From positions 1,590,001 through 1,622,000 of the forward strand of contig CP126532.1 in NCBI GenBank assembly GCA_030167145.1: a DNA stretch of 32,000 nt, written 5' to 3'. Within the stretch, counting starts at the first letter, position 1. Every line of letters starts with the position of its first letter. Source of the stretch: Ktedonobacterales bacterium. GTDB taxonomy: Bacteria > Chloroflexota > Ktedonobacteria > Ktedonobacterales > JADMIN01. A program made the translations under genes and the position numbers. This document shows, piece by piece, positions 19,154 through 27,725 of this stretch. Under the pieces are notes generated by a model. It worked only from the letters and a program-made list of their open reading frames with translations. It did not search any database and was not told where the DNA came from.

Positions 19154-19162
19154 ATGATACAA
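19154..19162 (+). promoter_or_regulatory. Candidate extended -10 promoter TGaTACAAT
   Basis: TG at 19154-19155 and TACAAT at 19157-19162, preceded by CATAATCGTCGGC (19139-19151), which resembles the TATAATCGTGGC motif. It lies about 320 nt upstream of the regulator GTG at 19486. Confidence 0.3.
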
Positions 19163-19485
19163 TCGGAACCGCGCCCGCGTCCTACCCCATTCGCCGGCTC
19201 GCGGGCCAGTAACAGAGCGCTACGGTGATGCTCAGTAATATCGGCGCATGGGCACAGATTATGCCGCCCCGCACTGATCTGGGTGTTGTTACAGGCCAGC
19301 TTTCAGCCAGGCACATCCGGCGGGCATCTCCGAGGTCCACGGCTACGCGCATGTACGTGACGTAGCCGCACGCGATAATCCATGCGATGATCGAACAGTA
19401 CACCTGACCGAAGAGCGCAATCGCGCATCGGTGTTTCCCGTGCGAAGCTCCTCATGGAGGCGCAAGCCACAAAGGAGTACCCAGG

Positions 19486-22400
19486 GTGATCGCCACAACG
19501 CGACCAAACCGGCAAACCAGCGTATCGGTTTCCGCCTGGAAGTTCGAGGCGCCACGGCTGCCCGATGCGCTGCTGCCACGGCCCCATTTGACGGACCGGC
19601 TTGAGCGCTGCCTCGGACGGAAGCGTGCCAGCGGCGATGTGTTCTTGCTCAGCGCGCCCGCAGGCTATGGCAAGACGACGGCGCTGGCACAATGGGCGAA
19701 GCGGACGCCGATGCCTGTCGTCTGGTATCACCTGGATGCCAGCGATGATGATCTGGTGATCTTCCTGAGTGGTCTCATGGAGGCGCTGCGTGCGCGTCTG
19801 CCGCAGAGCGAGTGGGAGGTGGAGCGGCTGCTCACGCGGACGCATCGAGGGGCGCTCTCGGCGCTGGATGCGCGCCGGGCCACCGCGCTGTTGATTCGCG
19901 ATATCGCGCGCAATGTGCAGAAGCCGCTGGCGCTGGCGCTGACGGGCATCTCTGAGTTGAGCGAGAATAGCGCCGCGCAGGCGACACTCAATACTTTGCT
20001 GGCGCGCCCTGCCGACCATCTGCGTCTGGTGATCGAAGCGCGAGAGGTTCCGCGCATTCGTGTGGCGCAACTGCTGACGCAACACCGACTTGATGGTATG
20101 GGAGCCGATGATCTGTGCCTGCGCGACGACGAGTTGGAGGCGCTGCTGGACCTGATCGGCATCTCCGCCGATGCCAACTACATCGAGTCGCTGCGTGCGT
20201 TGAGTGGTGGATGGATTACTGGGGTACTGCTGGCTACGGGAGGGTTGCTGCCGAGCTTTCTGCCAGCGGGAGCAGCGGATTTCGACCGCGAGCGGGTCAT
20301 CGAGTATCTGGCGGCGGAGGTGCTGGAGCAGCTTCCGGCAGAGTTGTATGGTTTCGCACGGGAAGCCGCCGTGTTGAGCGCGATGACTGCGCCGCTCTGC
20401 GATGACCTGCTGGGTATGAGTGAGGCCCGCGAGTACCTCAGCGCGCTTGAGCGGCGCACAGGCTTCGTGACGCGCATCGGGCGGCGTCCGCAAGAACCCA
20501 TATACCGTTTCCAGCCATTGCTGCGCCAGGCGTTGCTCGAGCGGATGGACGAGGAGCCGGGGGGGCCGAAGCGCCGCTGTACACTGCATGCGCGTGCCGG
20601 GGAGTTGCTCGAAGCGCTGGGTGATTACGAAGAAGCGGTGCGGCAATATGCCGAGGCGGAGCGCTTTGACCGTGTCCTCGCTCTGATCGAGGCCAGGCGC
20701 AGTTCGCTGTTGCGCGCGGGCAGAGGCGCAACGCTGGTACGCTGGCTGGATCTGTTGCCCGAAGCGGTGCGCGCCGACCACCCCGATCTGCATGTGCTCG
20801 TGGCTGAACTCTACCGCCAGACGGGACGCATTGCCGAGGCAGAGGCGGCCAACGCGCGGGCGTGCGCGCTGATCTTGCCGGATGCCAAGGCGCATCCCAC
20901 GCTGGCGGCGCGGGCGCTCTACATGCGGGCTGTGCTGGCGTCCACGCACAATGACTATGCCGCCGCACGGGAAGATTGCGAGGCGGCGCTACGCTACGCG
21001 CCGCTGGACGCCGATGAACTGCGGGTGCAGATTGGCTTCCAGATTGCCAGCATCCTGGGCGGGGCGGATCCCATCGCGGCGCTGGCGGAATTGAGTAGCA
21101 TCGAAGAGCGGTGCGCGCGCCTGCGCGACCTGTGGGCGCTGGCCCGGTTGCACTATCTGCGCTCTGGCCTGCTGATGACGCGCGGCGTGTATCGTGAGGC
21201 AGAGCAAGCCGCATTGGCGTCGTTGCGCTACGCGCAAGAGGGCAACGATGAGGTGGATGCGATCATCAGCCGCTTGAATCTGGGCGCGATCAAGAATCTT
21301 CAGCGGCAGCCAGCGGCAGCGCGGGAACACTTTGAGATTGCCAGCGCCCAGGCCGAAGCGGCAGGCTACGCGCTGGGCCGTGTGTATGCGCTGATGAACC
21401 TTGCCGAACTGGAATTGAACACGGGGCAGATCGAGCGCGCGGTTGAGGTATATGCGGTGGCTCAGGCTGCCGCCGATGAGGCCGGCGATACGCACCTGTG
21501 TACGGTCATTGCGTGGGGCATGGGCTATGCGCTGACGCTGCTGGGGCGCGCCGATGAGGCTTGCCAATTGCTGACGGATCGGATGGAGGCCAGCGACGCG
21601 GGTATGCGCGTGGAGGGTTGGACCGCGCTGATGACGGCGCGCGGATTCGCGCAACAGCGCGCGGGTGATGTCGCGTCGGCGATCATGTCGTTCGAGCAGG
21701 CAATCGCGCGGGCAGAGGCGGGCGGAGCCGCGACCAAGGTGGCTATCGCACGACTGCATCTGGCCGCCGCATTGCTGACGCAGCGCGACAAGAGCGGCGC
21801 AGCGGTGGCGCTGGGTGCGGCGCTGGATGGCATCGCCGGGCCGGAGGGCGTGCCACAGGTGAGTTTCGAGGCGCGCCAACTGCCAGAGTTGCGCCCGCTG
21901 CTGAGCAAGTCGCGCCACCCCGCTGCCGTAGCATTGCTGACTGAGCTTGCGCCTGATGCGGAGGCCGCAACGCAGGTGCTCGCCGGTCGCACGTCTGGCG
22001 CTGAGGTCTCCGCAATGGGAGCCTTGCGCGTCTTTGCGCTGGGTGAGGCGCGGGTCTTCGCTGGCACAAACCGGATCACCCGCTGGCGCATGCCACATGC
22101 GCGTGAACTGCTCTACTTCTTGCTGGACCGGGGTGAGCCGATGCGCAAGGAGGTGATTCTCGAAACGTTCTGGCCGGATAAAGACCCGGAGAGTACCGAT
22201 AACACCTTCAGGCAGGCGCGCTTCCGCCTGAAGCAGGCCTTGGGGCAGGAATGCCTGGTGCAGGAGGGCGGGCGCTGGCGGCTGACGGTGGACTGCTGGT
22301 ATGACGTGCATGAGTTCGAGCGGCTGGCGACCGAAGGCGAGCGGCTGGCGACCGAAGGGCAGCTTGCCGCTGCCGTTACCGCGCTGAAACAGGCGCTGAC

Positions 22401-22773
22401 CTATTGGACCGGCGATTTTCTGGATGACCTGTATTCCGATTGGGTGGTCGAGCGGCGCGACACCTTGCGGCGGCGCTATCTGGCAAGCCTGGACCTGCTC
22501 GCCGATCTGGAGGCGCGGCTGGGCCAGCACGAAGATGCCGCGCAACGCTACTTTCTGATCCTCGAAGCCGAACCCTATCGCGAGAGCGCACATCGCGGCC
22601 TGATGCGCTATTATCAGCGGCGCGGCGAGTTGACCCAGGCCGTACAGCAGTTCGCGCGCTGCTACACGGTGATTAAGCAGGAAGTGGGGGCTGCGCCATC
22701 GCGCGAGACGGTCCAGTTGTATCAGACGATCCGCTCGCGGCTGGACGGCAAAGGCGTGGCTGTGCGTGCGTGA
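19486..22773 (+). CDS. STAND-type (MalT-like) NTPase / TPR regulator with C-terminal SARP module (OmpR-type wHTH + BTAD)
   Basis: GTG start with AAGGAG 8 nt upstream. Walker A LLSAPAGYGKTT (about 19654-19680), a long TPR-like helical repeat region, then from about 22021 LRVFALGEARVF...RELLYFLLDRGEPMRKEVILETFWP (wHTH) and YWTGDFLDDLYSDWVVERRDTLRRRYL...AHRGLMRYYQRRGELTQAVQQF (BTAD). Confidence 0.9.
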   Translation: MIATTRPNRQTSVSVSAWKFEAPRLPDALLPRPHLTDRLERCLGRKRASGDVFLLSAPAGYGKTTALAQWAKRTPMPVVWYHLDASDDDLVIFLSGLMEALRARLPQSEWEVERLLTRTHRGALSALDARRATALLIRDIARNVQKPLALALTGISELSENSAAQATLNTLLARPADHLRLVIEAREVPRIRVAQLLTQHRLDGMGADDLCLRDDELEALLDLIGISADANYIESLRALSGGWITGVLLATGGLLPSFLPAGAADFDRERVIEYLAAEVLEQLPAELYGFAREAAVLSAMTAPLCDDLLGMSEAREYLSALERRTGFVTRIGRRPQEPIYRFQPLLRQALLERMDEEPGGPKRRCTLHARAGELLEALGDYEEAVRQYAEAERFDRVLALIEARRSSLLRAGRGATLVRWLDLLPEAVRADHPDLHVLVAELYRQTGRIAEAEAANARACALILPDAKAHPTLAARALYMRAVLASTHNDYAAAREDCEAALRYAPLDADELRVQIGFQIASILGGADPIAALAELSSIEERCARLRDLWALARLHYLRSGLLMTRGVYREAEQAALASLRYAQEGNDEVDAIISRLNLGAIKNLQRQPAAAREHFEIASAQAEAAGYALGRVYALMNLAELELNTGQIERAVEVYAVAQAAADEAGDTHLCTVIAWGMGYALTLLGRADEACQLLTDRMEASDAGMRVEGWTALMTARGFAQQRAGDVASAIMSFEQAIARAEAGGAATKVAIARLHLAAALLTQRDKSGAAVALGAALDGIAGPEGVPQVSFEARQLPELRPLLSKSRHPAAVALLTELAPDAEAATQVLAGRTSGAEVSAMGALRVFALGEARVFAGTNRITRWRMPHARELLYFLLDRGEPMRKEVILETFWPDKDPESTDNTFRQARFRLKQALGQECLVQEGGRWRLTVDCWYDVHEFERLATEGERLATEGQLAAAVTALKQALTYWTGDFLDDLYSDWVVERRDTLRRRYLASLDLLADLEARLGQHEDAAQRYFLILEAEPYRESAHRGLMRYYQRRGELTQAVQQFARCYTVIKQEVGAAPSRETVQLYQTIRSRLDGKGVAVRA
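22318..22359 (+). repeat. In-frame 21-bp tandem duplication (ERLATEG x2) inside the regulator gene
   Basis: GAGCGGCTGGCGACCGAAGGC (22318-22338) is followed directly by GAGCGGCTGGCGACCGAAGGG (22339-22359), 20 of 21 identical and codon-aligned. Confidence 0.95.
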
Positions 22774-22798
22774 CGGGCAGATGTCGCATGTGGCATGG

Positions 22799-23479
22799 CT
22801 ATTCGTCTGGCGCGTCTTCATCCCTATCGGTTCCATCCGCGCCGTGCGTTTCTTCCCAGAGCTGGCGCGTGACGGTGCGGGCGACGGTATAGCTGAAGCC
22901 GCGCCGAAGTAGGAATTGTCCGAGCTTGGTGCGGAATGCTTCATAGTCGAGGTTAGCGAGGGCGCGCAGCCGCTGACGACCAGCGGCGAGGGCCAGCTCT
23001 TCATCCTGGTCGGGGTCAGTTGCCGCTGCAACGGTCTCGCGGTCCACGCCGCGCTGGCGTAGCTCCTGGCCGAGGGCGCGGGCAGAGCGGGGGCTGAAAC
23101 GTTCGCGGTTCTCCACCCAGAAGGCGGCGAAGTCCTGGTCGTTGAGCATGTTGAGGTCGGCAAGGCGGGTGAGGACACGCTCGACGGCATCGGCGTCTGG
23201 TGGCGGGGTGTTGCGGCGCGGGGCCAGCAAACGGCGGCGCACTTCGGCGCGGCTGCGTGGGCGCGGCGCGAGGAAGCGTAGGGCGGCGTCGAAGAGTTTG
23301 CGCTCATCCTCATTCGCTTGCAGCCGTTCCACTGCCGCTTCATCTACTTCATCGCCGACGGCTATTCCTTCGGCGACGAGCAACGCGCCGTCCAGCGCGA
23401 AGGCGAAGCGGCCATCGAGATACAGGTTGTAGCGGCCCGGACGCCGCTCCTGGGGCTCCAATGCGGTGATCTTTGCCAT
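22799..23479 (-). CDS. recX: RecX family regulatory protein
   Basis: 226 aa. KITALEPQERRPGRYNLYLDGRFAFAL, FLAPRPRSRAEVRRRL, LNDQDFAAFWVENR and the repeated three-helix pattern with LLRRGFSYTVA are typical of RecX. Confidence 0.88.
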   Translation of the reverse strand: MAKITALEPQERRPGRYNLYLDGRFAFALDGALLVAEGIAVGDEVDEAAVERLQANEDERKLFDAALRFLAPRPRSRAEVRRRLLAPRRNTPPPDADAVERVLTRLADLNMLNDQDFAAFWVENRERFSPRSARALGQELRQRGVDRETVAAATDPDQDEELALAAGRQRLRALANLDYEAFRTKLGQFLLRRGFSYTVARTVTRQLWEETHGADGTDRDEDAPDE

Positions 23480-23516
23480 AGGCCACTATTCTCCGTGCAT
23501 GAGATGAATGCGGTAG

Positions 23517-24428
23517 TCAGCGCCGCTGGACGCGCGTGAGCAGGCGATAGAGGCGCTTGGCGAGAGGCGTGAGCAGCGGGATGGTAAGGATGCGGCCAGC
23601 CAGGGCGGCGCGAATCAGGCGGAGCCAAGTGAGCAGGCTGATGAGGCCGAAGAGCGCGCCGAGGACAAGGATAGCCAGCCCAGCCACGACGTTGAAGCGC
23701 AGGTCCGGGGTGATGCTGCCCGCGCCGATCAGCACGAGCCAGAAGGCGATCTGGGCGAGGAGCAGCGCGGCGAAGAAGATGAGGGCGAGCGCGGCGTGCG
23801 CGCGGATGAAGTGGTTGCGCCGCTCGCGAATGAGCAGCACGAGGGCGGGCACGATGGGAAAGGCATATGCGAGCGCGGCCAGCACACGTGGGTTATGCTG
23901 GCGGCCTGGATGCGGGGCCATATGCTGGCTGCTGGCGGGCGCAGGGGCAGGCGATGGCGCGGCGGCGTGCGTGCGCGTTGGGGCGACGGGCGCGGACATA
24001 GGGGGTGCTGGCGGCGTGGGGGCAATGCGAGGTGTCGGTTTGGCTGATGGCTTTGCCGCGGATGCTTTGGGTGCTGCTGTGTTCGCTGTGGTGGGGCCAG
24101 GATAGACACCGGTGTATTTGGGGCGCGGTGGGGCAGCCGGGCGTGAGGCGCTGGCGCTGGATTGGCGGGACGCGGACGGCGTGGTGGGACGGGATGTGCT
24201 GGCGTTGCCTTGTGGAGACACGGGTGGTGTGGGCAATGTTAACGTCGCGGGCTGCGGCTCTGGCTGGCTCAGTTCCAGCGGCGGCTGGGTGGGAAGCTGA
24301 GCGGACGGCTGAGCGGACGATTGGGCGCGCGAGTGGTTGGCGTTGCGTTGGGGTGTAGCCTGGCGCGCACTACGGGTAGTGCGGCGGCGTGGGTTGCTGG
24401 AGTGGTGGCGCTGCGTACCGCTCGGCAT
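23517..24428 (-). CDS. Pro/Ser/Ala-rich membrane protein with DUF4870-like C-terminal domain
   Basis: ATG 24428 has AGGAG just upstream and overlaps the upstream gene by 59 nt. About 170 aa of low complexity, then LAALAYAFPIVPALVLLIRERRNHFIRAHAALALIFFAALLL plus further TM segments. The DUF4870-like ER-N-F-R-HA motif is recalled from memory. Confidence 0.6.
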   Translation of the reverse strand: MPSGTQRHHSSNPRRRTTRSARQATPQRNANHSRAQSSAQPSAQLPTQPPLELSQPEPQPATLTLPTPPVSPQGNASTSRPTTPSASRQSSASASRPAAPPRPKYTGVYPGPTTANTAAPKASAAKPSAKPTPRIAPTPPAPPMSAPVAPTRTHAAAPSPAPAPASSQHMAPHPGRQHNPRVLAALAYAFPIVPALVLLIRERRNHFIRAHAALALIFFAALLLAQIAFWLVLIGAGSITPDLRFNVVAGLAILVLGALFGLISLLTWLRLIRAALAGRILTIPLLTPLAKRLYRLLTRVQRR

Positions 24429-25140
24429 AAGCTCCTACAATCGGCAGATGGAGATAATGGCCGGTCCAGGCGGCGATCATCGCAAAGAGCCAGATACCGG
24501 GAATGACCAGAATGCCCGCAATCCACGCAAGTCCGTTGCCAAGCGTGCCAAAGAAGGTCCAGTGGGTGGCGGTGGTGAGATCGAGGCAGAGCGCCCGCAG
24601 GATATAGACGAGCACGCCGAAGACGGTGAGCACGCTGGTGAGCAAGACGGACTGCATGGCGTGGAAGCGGACGTAGCGGTTGGTGCGTTCGTTGAAGTAG
24701 ACGAGCAGACCGGAGAGCCACCAGAAGAGGTAGCTGGCACCGGCGGCGGTGTTGGCGGTGAAGGTGATGGTGGTCGGACCCCAGGATTGCGCGACCTGCC
24801 AGGGGACGTGGGTGCGGATGGGTGACGGCGCGGCTAGCGGCGGTGCGGCTAGCGGTGGCGACGGCATGCGGGGCATGGCGCGGTTCGGCAACCAGGGCGC
24901 GGACATGGGCGGCGGTGGCGGGGTGGCATCCTGCAGGGTGCGCGCGTTCGGATCATTCGCCACGCTGGCGGATTGCACTGGGCCGCTGAGGCGCTCCGCG
25001 TGGGGGCGGGCGTCGAAGACGGTCTCTTGCGCGTCGGGCGAGGCTTCGTCGGAGACGAATGCGCTGTGCCCGCTGTCACTCTGGCTATTGGTTGGTTTCA
25101 GTTCCATTGCTCCGCCCCCTCCCTGAACACTGCCCATCAT
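24370..25140 (-). CDS. Pro-rich membrane protein with DUF4870-like C-terminal domain
   Basis: Start is ambiguous: GTG 25161, ATG 25140 or 25137 directly after AAGGAGG, or ATG 25107. C-terminal GASYLFWWLSGLLVYFNERTNRYVRFHAMQSVLLTSVL plus 2-3 further TM segments. Paralogous in layout to 23517-24428. Confidence 0.6.
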   Translation of the reverse strand: MMGSVQGGGGAMELKPTNSQSDSGHSAFVSDEASPDAQETVFDARPHAERLSGPVQSASVANDPNARTLQDATPPPPPMSAPWLPNRAMPRMPSPPLAAPPLAAPSPIRTHVPWQVAQSWGPTTITFTANTAAGASYLFWWLSGLLVYFNERTNRYVRFHAMQSVLLTSVLTVFGVLVYILRALCLDLTTATHWTFFGTLGNGLAWIAGILVIPGIWLFAMIAAWTGHYLHLPIVGAYAERYAAPPLQQPTPPHYP

Positions 25141-25167
25141 CCTCCTTAGACGAGCGACCACTGGCGT

Positions 25168-26031
25168 TTAGCCACCAACATAGCGCAAGTATTCATCGGC
25201 GAGTGCGCTGAACTGCTTGTGGGGGCCGTTGCCGCCGAATTTCTGGCGCAGCGATGGCATTGGCTCTTCGACATCGGCTGCCTCGGCGACCTCCACCGCT
25301 TCGGTGATGATGGTGTTGAAGATCGGCGGATGGATGCCGGGGATGGCGTCGCGGCGCATGCTGATGACGGTCTGCTTGTGCAGGCGGCTGGTGGGGCGAT
25401 AGCGCGAGACGACGATGCCCAGGCCGAAGATTTCGTGCTGAGCGCGCAGGGCGAAGTCGGCCATGCGGTCGAGCACGAGGGGAACGCCGAGAGTGGAGAG
25501 GATGTCGGGCACCACGGGGATCAGGAAGTAGCGGCTGATGGCGATGCCGTTGAGGGTGATGACGCCCAGGTTTGGCGGGCAGTCTATCAGCACGTGGTCG
25601 TAGTGCGGAAGCACATCGCGCAGGGCTTCGCGCAGGGCATAGACAGGCCCGGAGCGGAAGGTGTCCAGGTCGGCGATTTTGGTGATTTTATCCTGGATGC
25701 GATGCAGGCGAATGCTCGCGGGGAGCAGATCCAGGCCAGGGACGCCGCCCGCGACATTGGAGACGCGGGTCATGATGGCTTCTTGGGCGGAGAAGAGACG
25801 GGTGTTGTCAAGCTGATCTTTGAAGAGTTGATAGAGTGTTTGCCCGCTCTGATCGCGCTCACGCCAGCGGCGCTCTGTGACCATGGCAATGGTGGCGTTG
25901 GTTTGTGGGTCCAGGTCAATGACGAGGACACGTTTGGAGTGTTCGCCCGCCAGATAGTGCGCCAGCGCGACGGTGAGTGTGGTCTTGCCTACGCCGCCCT
26001 TGAGGTTGATGATGCTCGTTACGACTGCCAT
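25168..26031 (-). CDS. ParA/MinD-family (deviant Walker A) ATPase, orphan
   Basis: Start taken at ATG 26031 (MAVVTSIINLKGGVGKTT); the track start is GTG 26070. KGGVGKTT, VLVIDLDPQTNAT and VLIDCPPNLG match ParA/Soj. No ParB-like gene is recognisable nearby. Confidence 0.88.
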   Translation of the reverse strand: MAVVTSIINLKGGVGKTTLTVALAHYLAGEHSKRVLVIDLDPQTNATIAMVTERRWRERDQSGQTLYQLFKDQLDNTRLFSAQEAIMTRVSNVAGGVPGLDLLPASIRLHRIQDKITKIADLDTFRSGPVYALREALRDVLPHYDHVLIDCPPNLGVITLNGIAISRYFLIPVVPDILSTLGVPLVLDRMADFALRAQHEIFGLGIVVSRYRPTSRLHKQTVISMRRDAIPGIHPPIFNTIITEAVEVAEAADVEEPMPSLRQKFGGNGPHKQFSALADEYLRYVGG

Positions 26032-26140
26032 CCCCCGCAACCCTCCAGTATAACGGGTTTCCCCGCTCACGTTCTCTATGCTATGTCGGTCAGGATACGT
26101 GCTCTACATGTATAACGTCTACCTCGACATTGAGTACAGT

Positions 26141-27547
26141 TCATCCTACCGAAGATGCGCGCTGGTGTCCAGTCTGTGGGACTTGCGCGGCTTTGGGCAG
26201 CCCACGGATGGGGGTGCGCTGATCGTCTATGTCCTCGAGCGCGCGGCCCAGGGCGAAGAGGTTATCCAGGTTGTTGGCGGGCAGGAAATCATCAATGTAG
26301 GGCAGGGCGGCACGCATGCCCGCGGTGACGGGGCGGTAGTCGTCTTGCCCCAGCAGCGGATTGAGCCAGATGAGCCGGTGGCAGTTGCGTTGCAGGCGGG
26401 CCATTTCTTCGCCAAGGATGCGCACATCGCCGCGATCCCAGCCGTCGCTGATGATGAGGACGACAGCGCCACGCCCCAGCACGCGCCGCGCCCAGCGGAA
26501 GTTGAAGGTGCGGAGCGAGTCGCCGATGCGAGTGCCGCCGGACCAATCTTGCACGGTGCGGGTGACGTCGCGGATGGCTTCGTCTACGTCGCGGCGGGCG
26601 AGTTGGCGGGTGATGCGGGTGAGGCGCGTGCCAAAGACGAAGGTTTCGACGTTGCCGAGGCCGTTGGCGACGGTGTGGGTGAAATGGAGTAGCAGCCGCG
26701 AGTAGAGGCTCATGGAGCCGCTGATGTCGCAGATGATGACGAGTGGGCGCGGCTTGCGGCGGATGGTGCGGCGGGCGAGTTCGACTGGCTCGCCAGCGGT
26801 ACGCAGGCTACGGCGGAAGGTGCGGCGGAGATCGAGGCGTTTGCCGTGGCGAGCGGGGCGGAGCCGCCGGGTGTTGCGTTCGCCGAGGCGCCAGCGCTTG
26901 CGTTCCATCAGTTCGCGCGCTTCTTGCAGTTCGTCCCAGGTGAATTCTTCGAAGTCTTTGTGGCGCAGCACTTCGTCGTGGCTGAAGGTATGGGAGCGGT
27001 CGCTGTCGTCGGCGTTGTCGTCGCGTTTGCTGCGGCGGGCTTCGGCGAGCCGCGAGGCGGGGTGGCGCTGATGTTCGTTGAGGCGCGTGCCAGCGCGCTT
27101 GTGGGTGTGCTGGTCGTCGGGTGGCTTGCGATGGGCGGGCAGGGCGAGTGGACGGCCACGGCGGGCGTTTTCGGGTTCAGGACGATTGCCGCCGTCTTTG
27201 CCGCTGCTTTGGGGTTGCCAGAAATAGGCGAAGGCGGCGTCGAAGATGGCTTCTTGCTCGTGCTTGGAGACGAGAGAGACTTTGAGGAAGGTGTAGAACT
27301 CGTCGCGGCGGCCCACATCTATTAGCGGGAGGCTGTGGGCAACTTCGACGACACGACCGGGTCCGACATCTAGCCCCAGCTCCCAGAGAAGCCGGGCGAA
27401 ATCTACGATGCGAGCGAGAAGGAGTTCGCCCTGGGCACGGTCGAGCGCGGTGAGGGGCCGCGCGTCCGCGAGGCGGGCAGCAGTGGTGGTGGCTGGCTCG
27501 CTATCGGGTGGCATGCTGGGCTGCGTTGCTGGATGGTCGTTGGTCAT
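26141..27547 (-). CDS. CoxE-type von Willebrand factor A (VWA) domain protein
   Basis: 468 aa. CoxE-like middle region (FSHDEVLRHKDFEEFTWDELQEA...RRLRPARHGKRLDLRRTFRRSLRTAGEP) and a VWA domain with MIDAS VIICDISGSMS, GGTRIG, VVLIISDGWDRG, IWLNPLLG. GGAG lies 6 nt upstream of the ATG. Confidence 0.9.
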   Translation of the reverse strand: MTNDHPATQPSMPPDSEPATTTAARLADARPLTALDRAQGELLLARIVDFARLLWELGLDVGPGRVVEVAHSLPLIDVGRRDEFYTFLKVSLVSKHEQEAIFDAAFAYFWQPQSSGKDGGNRPEPENARRGRPLALPAHRKPPDDQHTHKRAGTRLNEHQRHPASRLAEARRSKRDDNADDSDRSHTFSHDEVLRHKDFEEFTWDELQEARELMERKRWRLGERNTRRLRPARHGKRLDLRRTFRRSLRTAGEPVELARRTIRRKPRPLVIICDISGSMSLYSRLLLHFTHTVANGLGNVETFVFGTRLTRITRQLARRDVDEAIRDVTRTVQDWSGGTRIGDSLRTFNFRWARRVLGRGAVVLIISDGWDRGDVRILGEEMARLQRNCHRLIWLNPLLGQDDYRPVTAGMRAALPYIDDFLPANNLDNLFALGRALEDIDDQRTPIRGLPKAAQVPQTGHQRASSVG

Positions 27548-27612
27548 GCGGACTCCGGCTGGGATTGCGATTGGGCGGTGGCGCGGGCAGAGCGGCGTGC
27601 CACACCGGCTTC

Positions 27613-27621
27613 ACGATACCA
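27613..27621 (-). promoter_or_regulatory. Candidate extended -10 element TGGTATCGT upstream of the VWA gene
   Basis: Minus-strand TGgTATCGT about 66 nt upstream of ATG 27547, inside a 178-nt intergenic gap. Confidence 0.3.
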
Positions 27622-27725
27622 CCCACGCCATGCGGAAGGGAAGGGCGCAGATGGAACGAGTGGCACGGTGCGGGGGACAGATGCAGTCAGATGGGGGCAG
27701 GAGTTGTTGGAAGGCGGCAACGTGC

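Noticed and set aside
19303-23343. 548-aa and 784-aa minus-strand ORFs opposite the STAND/SARP regulator
   Set aside because: The + strand product has coherent Walker A, TPR, wHTH and BTAD domains. The minus-strand translations are Arg/Gln/Pro-rich with no structure.
26047-26052. TATACT box (minus strand) directly upstream of the ParA-like gene, considered as its promoter
   Set aside because: It abuts the GGAGGG SD and lies only 15 nt from ATG 26031. It cannot serve as a -10 element and still leave a leader that contains the SD. The promoter probably lies further up in the AT-richer 109-nt gap.
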